Below, in pieces: positions 12,358 through 25,777 of a DNA stretch of 39,893 nucleotides (its first letter is position 1; each line of letters begins with the position of its first letter). The notes beneath the pieces are model-generated. The model worked only from the letters and a program-made list of their open reading frames with translations, did not search any database and was not told the DNA's origin. The stretch is from Nemertoderma westbladi (taxonomy: Eukaryota; Animalia; Xenacoelomorpha). The stretch spans positions 1-39,893 of the forward strand of contig JAUCBJ010001460.1 in the NCBI GenBank assembly GCA_032718475.1, read 5' to 3'. Made by a program: the position numbers and the translations under genes.

Positions 12358-13252
12358 GTTGTGTTGCCGGATTGGTTGGCGAGATAACTCAGATGTTACC
12401 GTACCAAATGGGAGGAATTCCTTCGAACTAAGGAACTCGTTGGCGTTCGATAAATCAACGTTGTGTTGCTGGATTGGTTGGTGAGAGAACTCAGTTGTTA
12501 CCGTACCGGACGGGAGGAATTCCTTCGAACTAAGGAACTCGTTGGCGTTCGATAAACCGACATTGTGTTGTCGGATTGGTTGGTGAGAGAACTCAGTTGT
12601 TATAGTACCGGATGGGAGGAATTCCTTCGAACTAAGGAACTTGTTGGCGTTCGATAAATCGACGTTGTGTTGCCGGATTGGTTGGCGAGAGAACTCAGTT
12701 GTTACCGTACCGGACGGGAGGAATTCCTTCGAACTAAGGAACTCGTTGGCGTTTGATAAACCGACGTTGTGTTGTCGGATTGGTTGTTGAGAGAACTCAG
12801 TTGTTACCGTACCGGACGGGAGGACTTCCTTCGAACTAAGGAACTCGTTGGCGTTCGATAGACCGACGTTGTGTTGTCGGATTGGTTGGTGAGAGAACTC
12901 AGTTGTTACTGTACAGGATGGGAGGAATTCCTTCGAATTAAGGAACTCGTTGGCGTTTGATAAAACGACGTTGTGTTGCCGGATTGGTTGGTGAGAGAAC
13001 TCAGTTGTTACCGTACCGGATGGGAGGAATTCCTTCGAACTAAGGAACTCGTTGGCGTTCGATAAATCGACGTTGTGTTGCTGGATTGGTTGGCGAGAGA
13101 ACTCAGTTGTTACCGTACCGGACGGGAGGAATTCCTTTGAACTAAGGAACTCGTTGGCGTTCGATAAACCGACGTTGTGTTGTCGGATTGGTTGGTGAGA
13201 GAACTCAGTTGTTATAGTACTGGACGGGAGGAATTCCTTCGAACTAAGGAAC
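12358..13252. repeat. 102-bp tandem array, ~8.8 units, abutting the 3' end of the pogo-like transposase
   Basis: GTGTTG anchors at 12361, 12463, 12565 and onward; unit contains the GGAATTCC palindrome and a TTCCTT-cgaact-AAGGAA hairpin. Confidence 0.97.
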
Positions 13253-14561
13253 TAACTACCTTCTTGCCCCGCTGCTTCCGTGTTGATGCTGATGAAGTGT
13301 GTTGTGATTGAAGAAGTTCTAATACTACAGAATTTATAGCATTTGTGGATGTATCACTTGGAGCTGATGGAATATGACAAAGACCTTTTTCTCTGTTCAG
13401 TGGATATAATCCTGTGGCTTCAAATCCCTTTATTAAATTTAATGGGAATGCATCGCTAAGTTTATCAGCCAGTCGTTTCATTAGGGCTGGAATTTGAGGC
13501 TTTGGAATAGAACCCTCTGTACGTGTCTCTTTTCTCCAGTTAGAAAGGATATCTCATGCTATCTGCTATATATATAATGCTATCTTAGTAGATCGAAAAC
13601 ATGCCATATCAAGTGGTTGCAGAATATGTGTTGTATTGCCAGGTAGTGGGATGAATCGAACATTGAGCTCTTTACATGCACGGACAACATCAATGGACAA
13701 GTGTGATCCTAAGTTGTCACCTATCAGAATCTTTTTCCCATTAAGATTCATTATGGATGGTTTATAAACCCATTCGAACCACTCCTCGAATCTTATCATG
13801 TCAAACCATCCTGACTCAGTCATTGAATAAGAAGCCCCATTGGGACCACCAGATTTCCATCTTTCGTACATAAACTTCGCTTTGTAAACAATCATCACAG
13901 GATTTACTGCGCCATTAGCACAACCACTGTACATAACAGATGTATTATCTTTAGAATGGTCAATGGATCGTTCAACACGTTTGTGACCTCGGCGACATAT
14001 AACACGCTTTTCACCAGGATCATTTGCAAAGCCTGTTTCGTCATAGTTGCAGATGTTGCTTGCAGGAACATCTTCAATTTCTTTCTCTAGTTCATCATAA
14101 AAACTGTTTAAGGTTTCTGCTGATATTTCAGCCCTGCTTGTTTTGATATTCGCTGCATTGCAAGCACGAAGACCATTACGTTTCATAAAGGAGAGAATCC
14201 ATTCAATACCTGGGTAGTTTTGTTTAAAACATTTGACCTTAATATCCCTCTTTTCAAGAAAGTTATGAACTAAAATTTGAACTTCGGGAATACTCAGTGG
14301 TTTCTTCCAGTCCACTAATACTCCAATAGCGTCCACAATACATTTTTCATCTCCAGCTGTTAATGCAACAGGGTGACCAACTGTTGATTGATGTTGACCG
14401 TTAAGTTTATTCCACAGTGTTCCAATTGAAATTCCATAAGTCTTCGATACCCCTCGAATAGAATCGCCTTTTTTTACATCATCAAGAGCTTTGTTTAATG
14501 TTTCGGTAGAGTAATCTTTATATCGTCTACTGCCCAACTTGCGCTTATAATTACGAACCAT
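13212..14561 (-). pseudogene. pogo/Tigger-like (HTH_psq + CENP-B HTH + DDE_1) transposase, disrupted near 13560
   Basis: MVRNYKRK N-terminus, SIRGVSKTYGISIGTL HTH, PG.EW..SF.KR, NYDETG, IGDNLGSH, TTHILQPLD; continues after a TATATATA-containing insertion as ...GFEATGLYPLN. Confidence 0.9.
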
Positions 14562-15352
14562 AATACTTTAATATTTTTATTATTTGTATAGCGATACAGC
14601 GATAGCCTACTTTTCCACTTACTTTTCCATACACTAAGGTTGCAATAACTTTTGAGTATATGCATGGATTTTGCTCAAATTGCATGCAAACCTTTTCTAC
14701 TTCGATTCTCTTTCGATTCATGTAATAAAATTTAAGAAATTCTTTTAAGAAAAAATTTTTCACATTACTTTTTTCACCGGGAAAAAAGTAAATTCAATGA
14801 AATCCTATTGGATACTTTTTTCCCTGGAAAAAAAATGCTTCTTTTTCTCCCGATTTTGGGGGATATTCGTATCAAAAAGTAACAATTTCAGAATAAAAGC
14901 TTTTACGGCCCTCGTTTTGTTATTAAGTAAGTACAACTACAACAAGTAAGTTTTATTAAGTAAAATTAACAGATACAACGTTTTAATTACATTTTCTAAA
15001 CTAATAAAACTCGTAACATAATGAAATAAATTCACATATTCCTAAGCGAATAATTCAGGTCAGATTAAACCGAAGGACTGACCACTTTCAACAATAGAGT
15101 TTATTAAAATCGAGTTTAATTCTTCCTTGGTTGAATAATGGAATAATGTTTTGTCATAATTGTGGACATAATGTTTGATAATGTCCGGTACAGTAACTCG
15201 TATTCTATTAAGTCAACTTATACTATTACTAGGATTACACATTATACTATTACATATCTTAATACTAATCTTATGATAATATGTATGTATTACCGTATAC
15301 ATAATCTGCATGTACATTGTATAGCCCATATTTTTTACAATATTTTTCTATA

Positions 15353-17020
15353 ATGGCTATCCGCAAACTAATTCCCACTTTGGTTAACCACCCTTGTAAA
15401 ATATGCTGTATAGAGGTAAGGCAGAACCACCAGGCACTCTGCTGCGACCTCTGTGATGAATGGCTGCACCTAAAATGCATTTCTCTGGGTCTATCTAAAA
15501 AGGACTACACTCACTTTCAAAACTCAAATTCAAACTGGTTCTGCCCCACTTGTCTATCTGAATCATTGCCATTTATGCACATTGCAGACGACAACGAATT
15601 TACACTCACAGCAAGAGACTACCGTATACCCGACTGCATAGATATTACATACTTAGACACACATTATTTCGATAAGTACAACTTAACAGATCCCACATCG
15701 ACTAAGAACACTGACTTTGACACAGACTTTAACCCAGACGTCCACATTCCCACTGATACTGCACATTTCCGGAACTGTACTTATAGTTTCCCGGAGGACT
15801 TCAATACAAAATTTGGGCATCTCTCCCCAAAACTGTCCCTTATTCATTTCAATGCTCGTAGTTTGTCAGCCAACTTCGATAAAATTGAAAGCTTATTAAT
15901 CAGTTTAAAACGACTTTCTCCGTGATTGCTATCTCAGAAACCTGGCTAAATGACACTGACCACTCACAGTTCTCCCTACCAAACTACAAATTATTTTCTC
16001 AACCTCGAAAAGACAAAGATGGTGGTGGCGTCGCTATATATGTACACACTGACCTTACAGCATTTCCACGCAAGGATTTACATTGTAAATCCCCAACCCC
16101 AATAGAAAAAATATTTTCCTTGAAATCCCACAAACAAAGAGTAAAAATATAATTGTTGGTGCAATCTACCGTCCCCCTAATACCGCTGTGCAGGAAACTT
16201 TCGCCTCTCTACAACCTATGATGGAAAAAATTAATAACGAAGGTAAACCCTGTTTTTTACTTGGCGATTTTAACATCGACTTATTAAAAACAAACATTAG
16301 TCCTGTTAGTGCAGATTTTTTTAACTTTATAACGACCTATAATTACATACACACTATCTCTAAACCCACCCGAATTACAGACCACTCACCAACTCTAATA
16401 GATAACATTTTCACTAACTCTTCATCAACTCTAAAATCTGGGTTACTAATCTCTCATATTTCCGACCACATTCCAATCTTCACGCTTACAGATATATTAA
16501 CTAGTCAGAAACCAAAATAACAATACATGTACCGTAGAAATCTACGCGACAAAAAAAAACAGGAATCTTTCACAAACGCCCTAAAAATGAAAAATTGGGA
16601 TGAATCATACAGACATACTACTGCAGATAGTGCATACAACACTTTCTTACACACCTACCAACACTATTACAATACACACTTCCCACTTGAACGAGAGAAA
16701 ATACGTAACACAGAAAAACCCTGCCTGACTGACTCCTTGGTTAGAGCATTGAAAAAACGCGATCGGCTATTTGGAAATTATACTAAGAACCCCACCCCTG
16801 ATAAACAGGCATCATTCAAACGTTAACGCAATGCATTGAGCAGTTTACTTCGAACCGCAAAGAAAAACTATTACAGTTTGGCACTGGACTTTAAGAAGCA
16901 AAATGCTCGCGCAGTATGGGGTCACATTAATCAGTTAATTCGTAAGAAACCTAAATCCTCATTGCCCACACTGGTAACTCACAACACACGAACATATACT
17001 GCCCCAATAGATATCGCATA
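15353..17020 (+). mobile_element. CR1/L2-clade LINE: PHD finger plus AP endonuclease and tether; RT absent; multiple frameshifts
   Basis: PHD CKIC...CDLCDEWLHLKC...WFCPTC; APE motifs HFNARSL, AISETWL, GGGVAIY, IYRPP, GDFNIDLL, PTRIT, LIDNIFTN, SDHIPIF. Confidence 0.92.
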
Positions 17021-17026
17021 TAGCAA

Positions 17027-17163
17027 TCTGTCTATATTGTCTGTCCATATGTACTACATTTTGTCTGTCTATAATGTCTGTCCATACGTACTACATTTTG
17101 TCTGTCTATGATGTCTGTCCATATGTACTACATTTTGTCTGTCTATATTGTCTGTCCATATGT
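17027..17163. repeat. 37-bp tandem repeat x3.7
   Basis: TCTGTCTATATTGTCTGTCCATATGTACTACATTTTG at 17027, 17064, 17101 and 17138. Confidence 0.9.
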
Positions 17164-17759
17164 CATAAATATAAACGCAATATGCCATAAAAATTTTTGC
17201 ACACTACATTTATCCCTTGATAAATGTAAACTGATGTTCAAATTATATTCCCACATTATATCATTCCTACATTATTCCTATATCATTCCTACAGCCACAA
17301 ACCCATCTTAGCGAATTACTGTATGTGTACAATCACATCCCTCATCCTACAGTCAAAGTAAGTCCGACTACACCCCCACCCCCCCTCTCCCACTGAGTGA
17401 GTATCTCCGATTATAATTCCTCAGAAGTAATACTTGAATGACCCCATACCGGTATAACGGAGGTGGTAATCATAAAATATCCCCCCACCCTCCCCCATTA
17501 CTGTATTTATGAGAGCATTTATATTATAAGCGTACTAAAACAGCTAAATAAAGTAAAAGTACTTTTCTCATATTTTAAATAAATTTTACAAATTAAATAT
17601 ATGAACTTGTTATTTTTATTACCAATCGAATAGAATAAAAGTAAATAATAAATTAATTATTACGCTGCAAGTGCTAGCACACTGCTTATAACCTAAGTGA
17701 CACGTGACAGGTAAAGGTGTGTTTTGTGTTAATTATTAGATGAGTAAAAAAATTACGCC

Positions 17760-19140
17760 TTATAAGACCTTATGCATTGATTGTGGCATGTAGTACCATG
17801 GAGAAAGGGTTACATAACGTCTAGCTGTTTCAAGGGCATATTCTTGAAATTTGTCAGCATCAACAACAAAGCCACAACAAAGAGAAATTAGGATGTTGTG
17901 CTGTCTATCTAGGAATGATTTGTCGATGCCAAGTATTCTGGCAGAGACCTCAGCATTTTGGAATACCCTTCTGTATTTCTGCTGTATTTCCATCATTGGA
18001 AGTACCAGAGCCACCAGATTTGGGTTGATCTATGATTAACCCAAGTTCAGTATGAAACTGGTCTTGAATCAGTGCCTTCTCCATTTTCATAATCTGCTTT
18101 GCAGTTTTACCCCTAACAGACCATACTTTAAGTGTTCTTCTGTAGGCTATATGCAGCAAGCATTCCAGAAAACGGATCCACTGATGAAGTGTGGAAAGAC
18201 CATGGTGGTACATGGAGTACTTTTCTGTGACTTTTCTCTTCAACAGAAGGTCAATTTCATTCATATGTGAAGGTGTGGCGCCACAGAAAGAACCACTTTG
18301 GCTGCTGTCAGTCATATCAGACAGCGCGGTGTGTACCTTGCCATCTATAATTGTTACATCAATGATGTGCATTACTGAGAGCTTAGACAGAGAGGTATCA
18401 GCAGGGATGACTTCACTACAGCTTGATTTTACATCAGCTATCTCTTTAAATAGCCTCTCTTGCTCATCGGTGATTCGCTGAGTTGTTTCTTTGGTATACT
18501 CAAAGCGAACTGGTCTACAATATATTTATAAGGTAGACGAAGGATGTTGGTTTTGCCATACAACCTTATGATGTGGGCTGTATTCTGTAAAAGCTCGGAG
18601 TTAGTTCCAGTGGAACGAAGCATGTAATGAATATGGATGAGTCATCAGCAAAGTTTGCTCCAGAACTTGGAAGCTGTTTGTATGAGGACTGTCCAGTGCT
18701 CCCATCAAAACCCACCTTGCTTCGCAACACCATTCGGAAAATATCGCCCGTATTATTGTGTTAATTTAGTGTGTTAATTGAGTGAATTACTTCACTACTA
18801 GTGTCACAAATATGTTTGGTGGTATGCTCAAGCAGGTTTTGCAATGGGACAGATGCCTGATAATTCCTAATGGGTAACACCTATTTTTGGCTTCCCGGAT
18901 GTGATTGTATGCTGGGAGATGTTGACACCCTTAGAACATGCTTTGTTTCTGATTATATCTGGTACATTGATTTACTTAATTTTCCATCGAGCATTAGCGC
19001 AAGACCTCATCATCAGAATACACTACGGATGATTCGGGTTCAGTAGAAACATGCTTGATGATTTCAGATGTACGTTTTCTACCTTCAGCTTTCAAGGAAG
19101 CTGCAGTTGCTGCGACAAGAGTTCTAATTCGTATAATGTG
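17760..19140 (-). pseudogene. Transib (RAG1-core-related) transposase remnant
   Basis: KVGFDGSTGQSSYKQ, VPL, WQNQHPSS, RPVRFEY.KET, IDGKV, CGATPS.MN, GLSTLHQWIRFLECLLHIAY, GSGTSNDGNTA, WYYMPQSMHKVL across several frames. Confidence 0.9.
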
Positions 19141-20271
19141 TTCAGGTTTTCTTGTCAATTAGAGGGGGGGGGGGGGGGGGGGGGGTATCGGGGTATTGAT
19201 TAGGCCAACTGTCTGAGGCCTGTCAGCCTGAGGCGCTGTGGGGCGTCTTACTGCTGTACCGTACCAGTCAGCCGGTACTGCTGTATGCAGTATGCTGTAG
19301 GCCTATCGAACCGGACTGCCGGTACCTCAGTTCATTGTAGTGTAGAGTAGACCTACACGTCTTCTTACTTCTTCTTGTTCTTTGTACAGCTAGCGGTACC
19401 AGTACTCTGGTACTGGCTACTGATATACTACCGGCAGACCAGTACCTAGCCTACCTGTCTACATGACGCCTGCAGTGTATCATAGATATATAGATCTGTA
19501 TTAAAACCAGAATATAGTACAGCAATAATAGTGAGATATCTGGATATGGCTATCTCTAAATAGTGGTACAGTTAGTTACAAAGTTCCGGGTTCTCAAACT
19601 TCTGCAACTGTTGATGCTTTGGTAATACACGTTGAAAAGATTCAAACATATGAAATACCGGTACTTCCTCCACTTCCACTATCGATGGTTCGCTATCCAT
19701 CCTATCTCGACACCTCTAGTTGCTCGTAGCAACAAGGTATAACAAGCTACTGCTTGTGACAGAGGCAAGGTATGAGGAGCATGCAACTTCTCTATGAGTA
19801 CCTCTACTCCCAGCATCACAATGGCCACCAAAACAACTGGGAAATCGGACCCCAGATAGAACCACTGAACACATAATCTGGGACTGGCATCATTACCCAG
19901 GAAGGGTAAAACCTAAGTTGTAGTAAGCGACAGCACTTATTGAAGGAATATGGCCTCCCAAAGGGGAGGTGCTAAGACAAACTGACTTCGTAAGCCAGGA
20001 GCGATAAAATGCAGATGTGATCTATAAAAACCCAAATACGTATAAATCCTTGTCGCTGCGATCTGCACGTACCATATGTATGCACTGCATATCTCGAATA
20101 CAGAAGCAAAGTCTTAAGTAGCATGCACATATTGTTCGGAAGAAAGCCACAGAAGAAAGGCCACCAGCAGCCAAGCTGAAAACTTTCAAAGATTCCGAAC
20201 TTAGTAAATAGAGTATTGTATATAGAAATAGAGTAAATAGTAAATAGAGTATTGCAATACTATTTGTCAGC

Positions 20272-21623
20272 TTACCAAGCTTTTTCCTCCAGTTGCGACA
20301 TGGTCCCGATGAAATGTTCATCCCTGGTGAGCTGCCGAATCTGTGGACCATCAAAGACACCGGCCTTGATCTTTTCAATGGACAGCCCAGGAAATACCAA
20401 GGTGAGATACTTGAAACAGTCGCCTTCAGTTGGTAGTGCTTTGACGAATTGCTTTATGAGACCCAGTTTTATGTGCAGAGGTGGGAATATTATTTTACTC
20501 CTGTCAACAAGTGGGTCATATAGAATATTGGGATCTCCAGATTTGAGGTCAGATCTTGGAGGCCAATTTGTCTCAACCCAGTGCCTCTCTCGAGCTCGGC
20601 TGTCCCACATGCACAGAAAGCAGGGATACTTTGTGTAGCCACGTTGTTGGCCAAGAAGGAAACAAACCATTTTAAGGTCAACACAGATGATCCAATTGTG
20701 TTTGTCATATTGCAAAAACTCAATGACACTCTTAATGTCTCCATATTCTTCTCGAAGACAAACTGAATGGCCGATTGGCACTGCACCGAATAAATTTCCA
20801 TTGTGGAGAAGGACACACTTCAAGCTCCGCTTTGAGCTATCGATGAACAGTCGCCATTCAATTGGATTGTACATCGGAACTCCTAATTCCTCCAGTAAAC
20901 CAGCAATGTTGTGGCAATACACAAAGCTACTATCACTTCGAAAGTACTTCAGAAATTCACTTTCCCTGGTACGAAAGTATGATACCTTTGCTCCTTGTTC
21001 AAGTAAGTTTTTCTCATTAAGTCTAGATGCTAAGATTTCTGACGCCTTTTTTGAAAGGCCCAAATCACGTGCCAAATCATTTATCTCATGTTGAGCAAAT
21101 CCCTTAAGAGCTGAATCATCTTTGACTTCAAAGTCGGTGTCATCATTGTTGTCGCTGTGTTCTTCAACATCACCCAGATCTTCTTCTAGTGGGGGTAGTT
21201 GACTAAAAACGGGTACCGGGATTTCATCTGAATGGGGCACTGGACGTATGGCTGATGGTAGATTAGGATATTCTATTTTACTTTTGTTTTTCTTGTTGTA
21301 CCCTGAAGTTTTCACTAAACAAAAGTAACAATCAGTGCAATGGTCTTTTTGTTCTCGCCAAATCATTGGTATACCAAATGCCAACTTTTCACGAGTTCCT
21401 TTGGTCCACATCCTTAAACTCTCAACACACTGCTTGCAGACCTTTTCGGGGGCCCAAGGCTTGCCTTGATCACAAGTTTTACCTTAAAATATGCGAAATA
21501 TGCATGCTTAACAAATGCGCTAATGTTTGTTCTTTCGCTTGGAATGGTGAAGCTACCGCAGATATAGCAAAATGAATCGGGACTGTTTATGCATTTGCGA
21601 CGAGAAGTAGAAGGAGCAGACAT
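20272..21623 (-). pseudogene. Chapaev3 transposase, frameshift near 21470, truncated after EEKAW
   Basis: CINSPDSFCYICG, PMIWREQKDHCTDCYFC, WRLFIDSSKRSLKCVLLHNGN, ICVDLKMV, GYTKYPCFLCMWDSRAR, PPLHIKLGL.KQFVKAL, KAGVFDGPQIR. Confidence 0.9.
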
Positions 21624-22182
21624 GATCTGAAACAACTGTGAGCAGATATGTGACAGAGTTGACGAACCAATGAACCAGGTAATGAACGAGGTAATCGCAT
21701 CCAACAAACAGTTATTCACAGGTCTTTGATTTAATGTTTAGAAGGTACATCGGGGGCCTTAACAACAGCTGTATTAAAATTAGAACAGAGATTTCCTACT
21801 ATAGCACTATACTGTACCGGTAGGCCTACCACTACCGCTACTGGTATGACAATAAATGTATGTAATTGAGTTCCAGGTTTAAAATTCCCTCCACCTGAGA
21901 ACTTACTGAAGTCACAATTTAGTGTTGGACAAATGTAAGTGTCCTAAAATAGGCTACACTGCACTGGTTGCTAACCTTAGATGTTTGTAATTGTATATTA
22001 TCAGTCCTTATTAATTACAGCTAAAATTCAATTTTGCTTGCTCAGATTCTAAGCTGTAGAGCAAAAACTTGACGTGCTAGGCAAAAACTGACTGTAGTTT
22101 TGAATTCAGCATGTCAAGTTTAGTCGAAATCAGCTAAAAAATCCCAATCAACAGAAATCTTTTTTCAAATTGTTCCCCAGTG
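20272..22182 (-). mobile_element. Chapaev3 (CMC) DNA transposon, 3'-truncated
   Basis: 5' terminus CACTGGGGAACAATTTG at 22182 on the minus strand, flanked by TTA (TWA-type target site); encloses the transposase below. Confidence 0.8.
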
Positions 22183-23119
22183 TTATAATCAAAGAATGTT
22201 GTTGGACCGAAGAATGGAACAAAGTTGTTTTTCCTGTAATACCTAATTTACGTTTGTCTCTGGTGTTCAGTACCTAATTTAACTAATTTAAGTTTGTCAT
22301 AGGTGTTCATAACCTAACTTAAGTTTGTCTCTGGTCTCCAGTACATACATACCTTATAGGTTCAGTATGTACCTTAGAGGTTGTCGGTACTTATGAAGCT
22401 CGTAGCCAACATTTTGAAAATACACAAACTTTTTTATACTAGCTAAATATAGTAATTAGTAGTTAGTTAAATATGCTAATATTCATGAAATTAACAAAAA
22501 CCATATTCAGTAGTTAATAATAGTAAACCTAAATAATAATTCTATAAAAAATATATTTGGAAAGGGCATCTGCTATAATATAACTAAATAAATATAAGTG
22601 AAACAAAATAATATTTCATCAAAAAATTTGTTCAGAACTCAGAAGCCAAGCAAGTACTGCATAATAATTATATTAATATTTAATTTAAATTTAAATAAAT
22701 TTGAGCAAATTCATGTAAAATAAAAAAGTATGTTTGACAGACCTATATTAAAAATATAATAAATATTAATTGTTAGGTCCACCTTGGAGTGGTGGTTGCA
22801 TTGAATTCGAATCACTCTGGGGAGTATATTTCTGGGGGGCCTCACTGGAAACTGGAGACTTTGTGTGTAATCCCTGGCCTAATGGCCGATTAAAACTTTA
22901 CTCGTTGTACATTTTAAATCGTGCTATTCGAAAATATCAAACTTATTAAACACTGTCTTATTCTACTCAAAAGTCATATATATAATCGCGTCCCTAAAAA
23001 GCCATTTTCAAAATTACGATATTCAGAGTATACCACAAGGTTTTCATTTCAACCCATTTTTATAGGTTATCGGGACTGATGAATCGATTGGAAGTAATAT
23101 TTAAGCTTCAAGTCTTAGT

Positions 23120-23880
23120 GGTATCTTCCTACTAACATTTCGCCTAGCTCGATCTGCTACAGCATATGATGAAGATATTTTGCTAACATCACCACCACAT
23201 TCCTTGACAATGGCCTGAGTGAATTGAGCTTGCTGGGCTGGTGTCATTTTTAGTCGAGCAGCTAGGGCAACCACATTTGGTTTACTTTGTATATTTTTTG
23301 GGATGACAATTTCTACCTCAATATCCTCTCGTTTTTTGCTAGGATTTGTAGGCTCCTGAAAAATAATAGTATCATCCTCCTCATCTGTTTGTTGAGAGCT
23401 TTCACATTCATCACCACTCTCCCTAATGTCTGGTCCATTTCCTTACATGCATCAGATTTCTCCACTTGGATGCAGCTATTTCACGAGATTCATGGCGCTT
23501 TATCTGTTTATCCAAGACTTTATCAGTGGACCGAATGAGGCTATTCGATCAGTCTTCATGGACTCTAAAAATGACAAGTCTTCAGAATTTTTAATTAAGG
23601 CTTCAACATTGGGGGGCCAAAGTTGGAAGGTAGTATCCAATTTGAGTTCCATGTCTCTAAGTTGCTTCTTAGAAGTATCTGAAGATCTACGCTGCATTGG
23701 TATAGTTCTCAACTTCAGAATTAATATCAACTAGTTTCACTATTTTCTCTTGTGCTTTCACTTCTGTTATCATAGGGATATTTCCCTTACTATAAAATGG
23801 TTTAATCATATTTAAAACATATTTGGCTGTTTCAACTCGTGGTATAGCTCATGTCCTACCAGAGTGCACTGCAGAGGAAT
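23120..23880 (-). pseudogene. Degraded N-terminal part of a DNA transposase (tentatively hATm-like)
   Basis: LDTTFQLWP...IKNSEDLSFLESMKTDRIASFGPL and VVALAARLKMTPAQQ...GGDVSKISSSYAVADRARR; catalytic region missing. Confidence 0.5.
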
Positions 23881-24037
23881 CCTGTTCTTGGTGGTACAGC
23901 ATAGAGCACAATACTTTTTAAGGTACAGTACCACTGAAAAGCCGAAATATACTTTTACAACAATTATTGCTTTAACAACTGTGCCTTATTTAATAGCGGA
24001 ATTCATCTATATTTAATTACAGTAGGCCTATCAGAGC

Positions 24038-25070
24038 ATGGGAAAACCGAAATCAAATTGAGAGAGACAGAAAGAATATATTTAACGTCGGAAGGTATTG
24101 GATAAAGATGAGTTTCTTCGGCTAGATAGAGAGAGGAATAGCAAAAAACGCCAAGAATTATCAATGGAAAGTTTGAATAAACTTCGAGTCGAGACTAGAT
24201 TACGAGTTAAAAAATTCAGGAAACTAAAATCTGTCAAACTTTCTCAAACTGCCACTTCTAATGCCACCACAAGTATGTCGCCTTCAAGTCGGTATACTAC
24301 GATTCAATCACTATGTAAAGCCGTTCAGCATGCGAAAAGGTCGATGCCTAAGAGTCCACGCAAGAAGTCTGAAGTTATAGGAAACTCGCCATGTCTGAGG
24401 GAATCGCTATCATAAAGCCAGGAAAAGCAACAACTATTATCAGTGGGATTGATCAAGATACAATTAACACCATTGTCGAATATTATTAGAATGATGAGAT
24501 TTCACGTATTTCGCCAGGGAAAGCTGATGTGGTTACAGTTATAGTGGAAGGTCAAAAACTGAAAAAACAAAAACGGCATTTGATGACATTGACTGAAGCG
24601 TTTGCCATCTTTAAAGATACCAAACCTGATATCAGTGTTGGTTTTTCGAAATTTAGCTCATTACGTCCCGCCCATGTGTTATTATCATCTCATCTTCCAC
24701 GAAATGTTTGCACGTGTGTGTACCACCAAAATATAATTCTAGTATTGATTGCTCTCCACTGCGAGTTGCCCGAAGTCTTTCCATTACTGTATATGGCCCA
24801 GAATTTATACAAAGCTGTGTTTGCGATTGCACTAACAAGCTATGCATGTCATCTGTTTGTGAATTATGTAAAGATAAGTTTGATGCAAAGTATGTAAGTG
24901 ACCTTGATAGTTCTACTTTGGCAAAAAAAATGTCTTGGTGGAAGTGGGCAAAACTTGAGAAAGAAAATACAGCTAAACCACAGACAGTGAAGGTTCAAGA
25001 AGAGGGTTCTGTTAGTCAGGCACTCCACTATTTAGAGTCAATGTTGCCAAAATCTTTGTGTACGATTTAA
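24038..25070 (+). pseudogene. Sola2-like transposase remnant (N-terminal half)
   Basis: QSL.KAV..AK..MPKSPRKK, ISRISPGKADVV, KQKRHL.TL.EAF..FK, VGFSKF..LRP.HV, NVCTCVYHQN, CDC...CM...CELC; stops and frameshifts; DDD core absent. Confidence 0.7.
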
Positions 25071-25777
25071 CCTGTGGTTTTAACTAAATATTATGGTAGT
25101 AAAAGACAATTTACTTTACACATTGGCGAGGAACTCAAGGTTGGCCATAAGGTTGCATCTTGTAAACAAGAATTTGCTGTAAAAAAGTTACATACGTTTA
25201 AAATGCAAACCAAAAAGTTACATAGTGTAAAACGGCTTTTCATTGTTATTGTTATTTATATAACAGTATCTTATTCAAAAGTAATTTTACACCGAATGAA
25301 ATGCACCAGTGACGTGTACTTATACAAAATGTTTTTTTTGATATGTTCAACCACCCCCCCCCCCCCCCCCCTCAATAATAAATAAATAAATACATAAATA
25401 TATTTTGATACGTTGGTGACCCTTCCAAGCACAAATCCTCCTCACCTATTTGAAATACATTGTATGAAAACATTAAATGTATGTAAATAATTTTTCTGTG
25501 ATAAATAAAAAAGTGCAAAAATTTAACAGTTAAATAACACCTTGTTAAATATAGTTAAATAAATACCATCCTGCTGTAATAACAAGGTAACACTCTCTCA
25601 AATGTCCCGCTGTCCCACCTCTTGCCGAACTGTCTTCAGCAAATAATTAATAAAATAACTCTGAATACTAATAAATTCTTTTAATAATATTTTTTTTGTA
25701 TTTTTTTTTAAATCACACAACGATTTACGCTGGTGGTGTTGTGTATAGATTATATATTTTAATAATAATATTTTCAG

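Noticed and set aside
12358-13252. CRISPR-like repeat-spacer array (palindromic units)
   Set aside because: The whole 102-bp unit is repeated; there are no variable spacers.
17678-17684. CACACTG as a Transib TIR/RSS-like heptamer
   Set aside because: No partner end or nonamer found, and it is too close to a truncated ORF.
19200-20270. Continuation of Chapaev3 or a host exon
   Set aside because: No expected downstream transposase motifs and no credible ORF; left unassigned.
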